Source: the human T2T-CHM13v2.0 reference genome, Homo sapiens. Taken from it: 64,000 nt of DNA. Positions 53,706-64,000 of the stretch are shown here, in pieces. The stretch is taken from the NCBI RefSeq assembly GCF_009914755.1, contig NC_060926.1; one strand, given 5' to 3'. The first letter of the stretch is position 1; each line of letters starts with the position of its first letter. Under the pieces are notes generated by a model. The model saw only the letters and a program-made list of their open reading frames with translations. It searched no databases and had not been told where the DNA came from. The position numbers and the translations under genes are program-made.

Positions 53706-53920
53706 TGGGTTTCTGAAACTCAGCACTATTGACATTTGGGGACTGGATAATTCTTTGTTGTGGAGGCTGACCTGCTGACCTGTGCATTGTAGGATGTTTG
53801 GCATCCCTGGCTTCTACCCACTAGATTCCAGTAGTACCTCCAATTGTGACAACCAAAAATGTCTCCAGATATCACCAAATGTTCCCCTGGGTGAAAATCT
53901 CCCCCTGTTGAGAACTACTG
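53706..53920. mobile_element. MER20
   Basis: CAGCACTATTGACATTTGGGG..TGTGACAACCAAAAATGTCTCCAGA..GTTGAGAACTACTG. Confidence 0.9.
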
Positions 53921-54301
53921 CTTTAATGATTCTCAAAAAGGACATTTCTTTGCTTCTCTTAATGATCTGGAAGATATTAAAAGCATCACCTACTTTAGCC
54001 TTTGTTCAGGAGGCAGATTTTTTATTCTTTACAGCTTTCATGGGCTCCCTTTCCTCTTTTAGAATAATCAATAAATAGTTAAATGATTTAATGGTTAGAG
54101 AATGTCAAGGTTGTTTTCATCTGCAACCCTCGAGAAAATATGTTATGACCATAGACTATGAGGCAGACATATATGAATGTGAATCCTCATATTGTAATTG
54201 TGTGATCTTGAAATTAACCTCCCTAGATATCCATAACCTTATCTAACCCTATCAAGAGCTGTTGCAAGAATTAAATGAAGCCATATGCATATAGGCACAT
54301 A

Positions 54302-54426
54302 TAGGATTGCTAGACTTAGCAAATGAAAATATAGGAACTCCATTAAATTTGAATTTAAGATAAATAACATATATATGTATGTGTGTATATATATAATTAT
54401 ATCTCATGCAATATTTAGTAACCTTA
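54302..54426. mobile_element. MER53 (hAT MITE), internally deleted, nested in a MIR relic
   Basis: TAGGATTGCTAGACTTAGCAAATGAAAATA..TTAAATTTGAATTT.AGATAAA..CATGCAATATTT..GTAACCTTA. Confidence 0.7.
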
Positions 54427-54764
54427 GTCATATATTAGTATTCAGTATTACGTATTATTACTGTGAACCTAAAACTAAAAAATGTCAGTTGAGAAAACCA
54501 TAGGCCGTTCCTCTTTAAAACAAATGTATGTTTAAACCAGCTAGGACAAAGGGCCATTTGAGATCTTCCTAAAGAGGCAGTAATAAATACTTCAAATATT
54601 TACAGGCTGTTATTCTTTGTTTGATTTTCTTCTCATTATTCAGAAGTTCTACTGTTCAACTAACATAGCTTTTACTTTATTTTGTCTCTTCATTATTGCA
54701 CACCTCCATATGGATAAATAATCAGGAAACAACCTTTCAAATAATTTGAGATATTAATAAATTA

Positions 54765-54970
54765 AAGTTCAGGTAGGGAGTCAAAAAGAGTGGTGCTAAA
54801 ATCCTCATCTGTCACTTACTGACAGGATGAGCTCACAAGAGTTTCATCACCTCTCTGATCTCAGTTTCCTCATCAGTGGAATAATATTACCTACTCAACA
54901 CAGCTGCTGGAAGGGTAGAATAAGGTCATGTGTTTAAAAAGAAGTTAGTAAATAATACATGTGAGCTAGC
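54765..54970 (+). mobile_element. MIR
   Basis: CACCTCTCTGATCTCAGTTTCCTCATCAG..AATAATATTACCTAC. Confidence 0.7.
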
Positions 54971-55291
54971 TTCCTTTCCTTCTTTGCTTTCCTTTCCTTC
55001 CTTTGCCCACCCTAAGTTAAATAACTTTGATTTTGCTAACCTTTTTTTTTTAAAGACATAGTTGGCTACAAATAAAGGATAGAATAAGTGGAAAATCATA
55101 ACTTCCTAGTTAAAAAATAATTAGGGGGACTTGACAGCTTGTTAATCAATTTTCCAACAAAAGAATGTGGGCTTTGGAGTCTGTCAGATCTGGTTTAAAT
55201 CTTGTTTCATCCACTTACTAACTGGTTAGCCTTTGGCAATTTGTTAAGCTTTTCTAAGCTTATTTTATTCTTTGATGATATCCACAAAATA

Positions 55292-55698
55292 TTTCCTTTT
55301 TTAACTTTTATTTTAAGTTCAGGGGTACATATGCAGGTTTGTTACACAGGTAAACTTGTGTCATGTGGGTTTTTTGTACAGGTAATTTCAACACCCAGGT
55401 ATTAAGCCTAGTACCCATTAGTTATTTTTCCTGATCTTCTCTCTCACCCCACCCTCCACCCTCTGATAGGACCCATTTTGTGTTGTTCTCCTCTATGTGT
55501 CCATGTGTTCTCATCATTTACCTCCCACTTACAAATGAGAACATGTAGTATTTTGTCTTCTGTTCCTGCGTTAGTTTGCTAAGGATAATGGCCTCCAGCT
55601 CCATCCGTGTCCCTGCAGAAGACATGATCTCATTGTTTTATATGGCTGCATAGTATTCAATGGTGTGTACGTTATTACATTTTCTCTCTGCAGTCCAT
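55292..55698 (-). mobile_element. 5'-truncated L1PA13-like 3' end inserted in a MIR (about 55160-55770)
   Basis: TTTTAAGTTCAGGGGTACAT..ACCCAGGTATTAAGCCTAGTACCCATTAGTTATTTTTCCTGATC; MIR-like sequence on both sides. Confidence 0.88.
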
Positions 55699-55879
55699 GA
55701 TTGCTGTGAGAATCAAATAGCTCATATGTATAAAGATTCTTTGCAAGCTGTAAATCAGTATTAAATGTTTTTCAGGAATACAACTTTTTTTGTAAAAGTA
55801 AAAGAGATTTTCTCTCTGACTTCAGGAAATCACATCAACCAGTGAAGTTCCAGTTTGAATGTTAGCTGGGAAGCACAAT

Positions 55880-56372
55880 TGTAGAACAGACTTAGTTGCC
55901 TACGTAATACCCATTCTCCCCTTCTATTTTAAAAACACCCCCCTGACTTTATTCAGTGCAGCAAAGGGCAGAGATAAAATATGAAATTTCTCAGCCTCCT
56001 TTGCAGCTATTAGGGGTCAATGATCTATAAAACGCAAGTCAAGGCAGTAGAGGTGTGGGCAGAGCTTCCCCAAAAGCTCTAAGACTGACTCAACTGAACT
56101 CCTTCTTCCTTCCTGCTACCTGAAATGTGTATGGAGTGGTCAGGCCGCAGCTCATATCTTATGACATGAAGTAAACTTGAGGATGGAAGAAGCTACGTAT
56201 GAAAGAAGTAGAAAATTTAAACAGAGTTAGGCTAAATTTCTGATAACCTCGGAGCTATCATACTGACCCCAAACTAATTACTTTTTCTGTGTAATAGATA
56301 AACAAAATATGTATATCCTTAGAGCTTCTGAAACTTTGTTGTTAAGTGCGGCCAAACATATTTTTAAACAAT
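55880..56372 (+). mobile_element. MLT1I/J-like MaLR LTR
   Basis: AATACCCATTCTCCCCTTCT..TTTCTCAGCCTCCTTTGCAGCTA..CTTCCTTCCTGCT.CCTG.AATG..GAGGATGGAAG. Confidence 0.65.
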
Positions 56373-57199
56373 CCACTAAGAAAAGTATTGTTATATGCAA
56401 TGTCAATCAAAGACCCTAGAAAGAAATACTTTGCTGCTTCAAAGCAGATGCTACAAACCAAAACTTATACCTGACTTCATATGTCTCATATAGCAACTAT
56501 TTTCCATCTTTCTGTTCATATTTGTTTCTCATCTCTGAATAATAGCTGTTCTTCATGTAAGTGCCAGGCCATACCTGAATCTGTTGCTTGTATCTAAAGA
56601 ATGCATGAGGTAGATGAAACGTTCTCCCTCACGGGCTATATATGACATGCCACTTGGAACACATCCCAGTGAGTGTGTAGCAATGCTTCACTGTGACGTT
56701 GTGAACTCCCAGATAGATTGTGGTTCACCACGCTTTCTGGGAACAACTTAAGTAATCCTTCCCCTTCATCTTTGGGTAGTTTGTCCAAAACTGATCATCA
56801 TAAATTTGTGTCTATTAAATTTCTTGTGTTGTATGCATGTGGAATATTAATTCATATAGTCAAATTTTTAAATTTTTCTGAGTTTTGTAGAAAACCATTA
56901 CCATAGTAGTGATATCATCTACAAATCTTGTTTCATATTTCTAGCTTGTTAACAAGCATTTATTAATCCAAAGTGCTCTTTCTGTGCTTTTGTATAATCA
57001 TAAAAGCATTTAGTGGTCAGCCTTAAAAAAAAAACTAATTTTAGGAACTAGCCAAAATTAGATGAAATTGCTTATATAAATCTAATAGTCTCCTTTTGTT
57101 TTTCTCCCTATTCTAGGAAATGTTTTACTATCCCATTATTAGATAAAGCAGAGAACCATGGACTATAGCATAAAACTCTTTAATCATACTATTATAAGA

Positions 57200-57470
57200 A
57201 AATAGCCATCGCCACTGACTATCTGTGAACCAAGCACTGTGTTACGTGCTTTGCAAATGTGAGCTCAATTAACTATCCACAGCACAACTCTTGATTTCTA
57301 TCAATTTCCTCCATTTACAAAAGAAACTAAAACTTACAAAATTTAAATAACTTTCCCATGATTTCAGAGTAAGCTGTATGTGCTTAGGGGGTTGGGCATG
57401 GGACCGGGGTAAAAGTCAGAATTCAAACCCAGGCTTGATTCCAAAACCTATCATCTTTCTGTTAGGTTCT
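57200..57470 (-). mobile_element. MIR
   Basis: CCAAGCACTGTGTTACGTGCTTT..CCATTTACAAAAGAAACTAA..GAATTCAAACCCAGG. Confidence 0.65.
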
Positions 57471-58499
57471 ACAACATCTCAACCTCTATTACCCTAATTT
57501 CATGGTGCATGCTGTAAAAACAAGCAAGAACATTGTTTGGCCTCAACTTCCTCCCCACAAAACCCTCAGCCATACTTTTTGTTCACATAGGAAACTGAAT
57601 AAAGGAAAACATGGACAACCTCAAATGCAGAAACATGACATATTTTCTCATGAGGACAGCGTGGCCCAGGAGAAAGAGGTGAGTTAGGATTCAGAGCATG
57701 TTCAGATTCCCCTATGAGGGATCCCATTCTCTAAACTTGGAGAAGCCACTTTCCTTTACTGAGGCTTTGTTTCCTCATCAGAGAGGAGTCAAAGGTTAGA
57801 CAAAGTAACATCTTTTGTTTCGGAAATCCATGGAGTTTGCAGCCAGGATATGGGGGAATGTTCTGGATGAGAGGTAACCATGAAGGCATGGATTCTTTTG
57901 CATGGTTTTCAATCTGTAGGATATTCCTTTTTCTTTCCATTCAACGCTTTGCAGAGTGTTAAAAAGCAAGGAGTTCTAAATTTGAGGCAAACACAGTATT
58001 TTTCTCTTATATTTTTATAATGCTTAACAATTAACAGAGTATTGTCATGTGTATTATCCTCATAGCAACTGCTGTAAATAGTGATATCATTATGTTCTAG
58101 TTTTGCAGAGGAGAAATTCATCCTCCAAGAGAACACTCACTTTAAAATTACAAAAGCAATCTTTGGGGGTGCTAGATTTGGACCCAGTTGTGTTCTTTGA
58201 AAATTCTCCTTCCACACAACACTAACCTCATTATTTCTGTAATCTGAGAACAAGAAACACAAACCCACTACTGCTATTAGGACCAAAGTTTCATTTCTAT
58301 ACTCAGGTGGGTATTTGGAAACAGTGGTTCACAATAACAATTTCTGCAATGTGAAGAAACCAGCATTACTGCTCATCTGTAAAAATTTTTTAAAGTATAT
58401 CTCTTCTGGAAATTCAACACTTTTTTCTCTCTCTCTCAATGTATGCATATATGTATGTAGATATGACATCATTTGTAGGAGTGTGCAGTTTTGTTGTCT

Positions 58500-58680
58500 T
58501 TATTTATTCATATGATATTTTTCCCATTTATTCCTCTCACTGAGCACCTCCCAATGGCTAGACCCTGTGCTAGGTATGGGGCATACAGAGATAGACGAAG
58601 TATCTCTGACACCACTGCCTTGTCCACATGTGAGCAACGTGGGGTATTCATGTGTGCACTGAATGCTAACACAAGGAAGG
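58500..58680 (-). mobile_element. L2 3' end
   Basis: ACTGAGCACCT..GCTAGACCCTGTGCTAGGT.TGGGG.ATACAGAGAT. Confidence 0.65.
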
Positions 58681-60726
58681 AGGTATCCGTTACAGAATAA
58701 TAGAAGCAAAATGTGGTGGGAGCGTAGAACACAGATTGATTTTTTAACTCTTTCTTTGGAATATAAAAGTCCCACCAACACAAGAGAGGCTAGTCTTACC
58801 AGTAGATGGTCAGGGTTGGGATATTTCCCTCCCCTCAAATATCGATTCCCACTTCGACATCATGGTGACTGAAATGATAGCATCCATTGCACATCACGAA
58901 GAAAGGATTTCTGAAGACATCCCAGAATAGAATAAAGAAGTAATTAGTCTGGGCCCTCAATATCTTCTTGCTTTAGGTGTGGGGGTGCAAAAAGTCCCTC
59001 ATCAGCTTCTTTGATGCTGGCCCATTACTGGCTGCTCTCTCAAGAATCTACTGGTGCTCCTGACTCTGTAGGTGGACAGAGAAAATTTTAGCTATTAAAT
59101 GTTACATAACTAACACTTACATAATTAAATATTACGAATCTTACCAGTAAAAGCTTCTTCCCAGCATCCTTTATGAATGTGCACAGCCAAGTTCACTAAA
59201 GATATTGAGACTGTGGCCCCTCTCTCAACACCCCCCATCTGCCTGCCCCATCATTCCCTCGATGCTAGCACATACTCCTCCCCCTTTACCCACATCTTCA
59301 GCCCCACTCTGAGACCTAACCCAAGACCCAGCTTCTTCATGTGGTCTTTCCTATAGCAGTTCCAGAATCACCTTTTTCGCTCTCCCCTGTTTATATTGTC
59401 ATTTGCTAATTATCTTTTTAAAATTATGCCATAATTTCTCTTGTTTTAAAATGACCGGCTTCCTCGACTACATTTTTGTGTTCTTTGAAGGAAGTTATAT
59501 ACTTTCAAGAACCGTGCATAATAGCAGTTTTATTTGGCTTTACTGAAGTGACACATACTTAGCAATTTTATCCATTTGAATGAGGGAATAACAAATTGCA
59601 ATGTTTGCAAGCTGAGCAGGGCTTTTCAAAGACCATATTTTAAGAGGCCCATGCCACACTATATCAGACATACTAAAACGTATTCACATCTCAATTAAAT
59701 ATTATTTACATATGCATATTTGTGGATTTCTCTACATATACACATACATATGCATATATGTATGTATACAAATATATATGTGTATATATATCTCTATATG
59801 AAGTGAATTCTAATTTGCTAGTTAAAATAATGTTCTGTTTCATACCTGTTTGACCATATTGATGTCAATTTTCCAATTTTTCTTTTTTACTTTAGAGCCA
59901 ATGCTGCTTTTGGGGCATCATTTTTATAGGATCTGGACAGTGGAGAGGCATGTTGGGTTGTTGATGGGGGCAGGTGCTTCCTGATCATCACTGTGAAACA
60001 GAAATAAGCCATGGCTTTGACCTAGCAGCCCAGCCTCACTGCAGAGCGGACGTCTTTGAGCAACACTGGTTGTGTTGACACAGACATTAGGTTACATCCC
60101 TCACTGCTGTTTCCACTTGTCCTGATTTTTCCTAGCGTCCTCTTTTGCTCTGAGATTTTCCAGGATTTTTCACACCACTTAGGGGATTTGCAGATGGAAA
60201 TTTTGAGTAAAATGTGTTCACTCGTTTTCATGTTATGCAAGAGTGAAAACAAAAAAGCCTCAAACTCAATTTAGGATGGAGTGGGATGGGGTGGAGTGGC
60301 GCCCATGCACGAAAAACTCAAAACTGCTAAATTGCAAGAAGCAAAACTTTCCTTGAGCTTAATTTTCAGTGTGGGAGATTCTCTGTAGGGGTTTTGGGGA
60401 AAAAATGACAGAATTTTTAAGCACCATTGACACGAATATTTGCTACATAGACTTTGAGTGATGTACCCATTTCCATGTTGTAAATTGATAAGCAAAGGGA
60501 GTTGCTGAGGCTGGAAGTTACTGTTAGTGGTTTCTGAGGGTATCATGCAATGATTTTAGGAATCTTATCTCCACACTTTCTACTCCCACCACCCGATCCT
60601 CTTTGATGCCCCCGTGACTTATGCAATCCTATCTCTTACATTTTCATTTTTGTTTAATGTTTCAGACTTAGTTAAAACTCTAAGACACAATTGTAAAATT
60701 TCCTGTTTGAGGGAAAAGAATCTTTT

Positions 60727-61285
60727 TTTTTTTTATTATACTTTACGTTTTAGGGTACATGTGAACAACGTGCAGATTTGTTACATATGTATACATGTGC
60801 CATGTTTGTGTGCTGCACCCATTAACTCGTCATTTAACATTAGGTATATCTCCTAATGCTATCCCTTCCTCCTCCCCCCACCCCACAACAGGCCCCAGTG
60901 TGTGATGTTCCCCTTCCTGTGTCCATGTGTTCTCATTGTTCAATTCCCACCTGTGAGTGAGAACATGCGGTGTTTGGTTTTTTGTCCTTGCGATAGTTTG
61001 CTGAGAATGATGGTTTCCAGGTTCATCCATATCCCTACAAAGGATATGGACTCATCATTTTTATGGCTGCATAGTATTCCGTGGTGTATATGCACCACAT
61101 TTTCTTAATCTAGTCTATCATTGTTGGATATTTGGGTTGGTTCCAAGTCTTTGCTATTGTGAATAGTGCCGCAATAAGCATATGTGTGCATGTGTCTTTA
61201 TAGCAGCATGATTTATAATCCTTTGGGTATATACCCAGTAATGGGATGGCTGGGTCAAATGGTATTTCTAGTTCTAGATCCCTGA
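60727..61285 (-). mobile_element. 5'-truncated L1PA4-like insertion (about 560 bp)
   Basis: CATTAACTCGTCATTTAACATTAGGTATATCTCC 3'UTR; 15-bp perfect TSD GGAAAAGAATCTTTT (60712-60726 / 61286-61300) followed by AA, giving the TTTT/AA endonuclease site. Confidence 0.95.
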
Positions 61286-62599
61286 GGAAAAGAATCTTTT
61301 AATGTTCACCCCATGGAGGAGTGTTCAGAATGCTTTTCTGACAGTTGCTAAGCATCCATGCATAAATTAGATGCAGATTGAACTATACAGAAACTTTTCC
61401 CATATGCACTATAAGCTCAGTTCACTTCAGTCTGCAAAGAAACAATACATACATGTAGAACTATTGAAGATTAAATTAAATAGTGTATAGCAAGCAACTA
61501 TCATAGTACCTTATACATAACAGTGGCTTAATAATTAGTAGGTAGATTATCATTTTTATTTTAGCTAGAGCAGATCCTAAGAATGAAATATATCTATGTA
61601 TAGATTGTAATATTCTTAAATTCTTTTTATATTTTATATGTGTTAGGAACATGAACACTTACCCACTCACTCTATTCACGTGGCCAATTGAGAGTTCCAT
61701 ATGAGTGGTTGGTTCACTAATTGTTGTCCCCTGGGAGGGACAGAAGAGCAAGAAACTATACCCACTTCAGTTTATTTCCAAATTGTATCAATGAGAAAGT
61801 GGTTGATTTTGAAGTTATGTTAATGTATAGAATTGTTTCAGTTCTCTGGAGCCTACTAAAAATACATCTGTCCCACAAAGTGAAGTTGTGAAAGATAATG
61901 GCATTTCTCTCCCTATCTTGATAATAAAGAAGTGATTAAAGAACTGACAGTTCTTCTCTGTGTCAAACCTCCCTGAACTGTATCACAAAGCAGGACAATC
62001 AGAAATGATGCGATGTTATGAAAGGGAGGAAGAGTAGGAGGGAAAAATTAAGAAATGAGGTGGAGAGAGGGGAAAAGAGGGAAAGGGAGAGGAAGATGAA
62101 GAGGGAGAGCGAGAGAGGTGACAGAGTATGTTCTTAATTAGCAGATTGCAGCAGGGGAGAGATCTTAACGGCTGGAACTGGACATTCTGAGACATGGTCA
62201 GGGGAAAGAAATCAGGTTTCCTCTTTGCCTGAGGGCAAAACATTGGCAGTTCCTCATAGAAGCAAAGTGCAGGCTTAAGTTCTTGAAATCCAAGGCGTTG
62301 TCAGCTTGAAGTTTATCTAGATCACAGGTGAAAGGTTAAAGTCAGTATGAAATTCAACATGTGATAATTTCATTGCACTGGCAACTTGGAGTGGTGGCTT
62401 CATCAGGTTCCAGAGGAAGGTATCCAGACCGGGTGTGGATGCAATCATCCAAACAATAAGCAAAGCCCAATGGCTTGGATACCAACCCTGGGGGAGGATG
62501 GATCTGGCATTTGCGTCAGTTAAGTCTGCCCAACTCCCTTCCTTCTTCCCTTCCTCTTTCCCCCTCTTTTTCTTTTTTCCCTCCCTTTCTTCCTTATTC

Positions 62600-64000
<1,401 letters not shown>

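Noticed and set aside
57090-59900. Strong-looking acceptors at about 57116 and 59896
   Set aside because: No convincing paired donors or coding frame; T-rich tracts are common.
59610-59900. Possible hAT-Tip100-like transposon fragment
   Set aside because: Only a CAGGG terminus-like motif; the family cannot be supported without a Dfam search.

Overview
Simian/hominoid (human-like) non-coding DNA, intergenic or deep intronic. I see no supportable cellular protein-coding gene, CpG island, tRNA/rRNA or CRISPR array. The long ORFs are L1 remnants, antisense Alu/THE1 frames or low-complexity tracts. The window is a mosaic of interspersed repeats: one full-length but inactivated L1PA7-like element (14338-20467, minus strand, 16-bp TSD), several truncated or inverted L1 pieces, five Alus, MaLR/ERVL LTRs (THE1 x2, MLT1 family, LTR16, MER74-like, and an old LTR-internal-LTR MaLR relic), hAT DNA transposons and many MIR/L2 relics, separated by unique stretches that may include enhancers. 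The most striking unexplained structures are two near-perfect 38-39 bp inverted repeats of pre-miRNA size (26038-26135, and 44692-44777 inside a MIR). With smaller quasi-palindromes and an Alu whose tail is on the wrong strand, they look like footprints of replication template switching, a route to de novo hairpin or miRNA birth. Repeat subfamily names come from recalled consensus sequences, not a RepeatMasker run, and boundaries of old repeats are approximate. I cannot identify the chromosomal locus.
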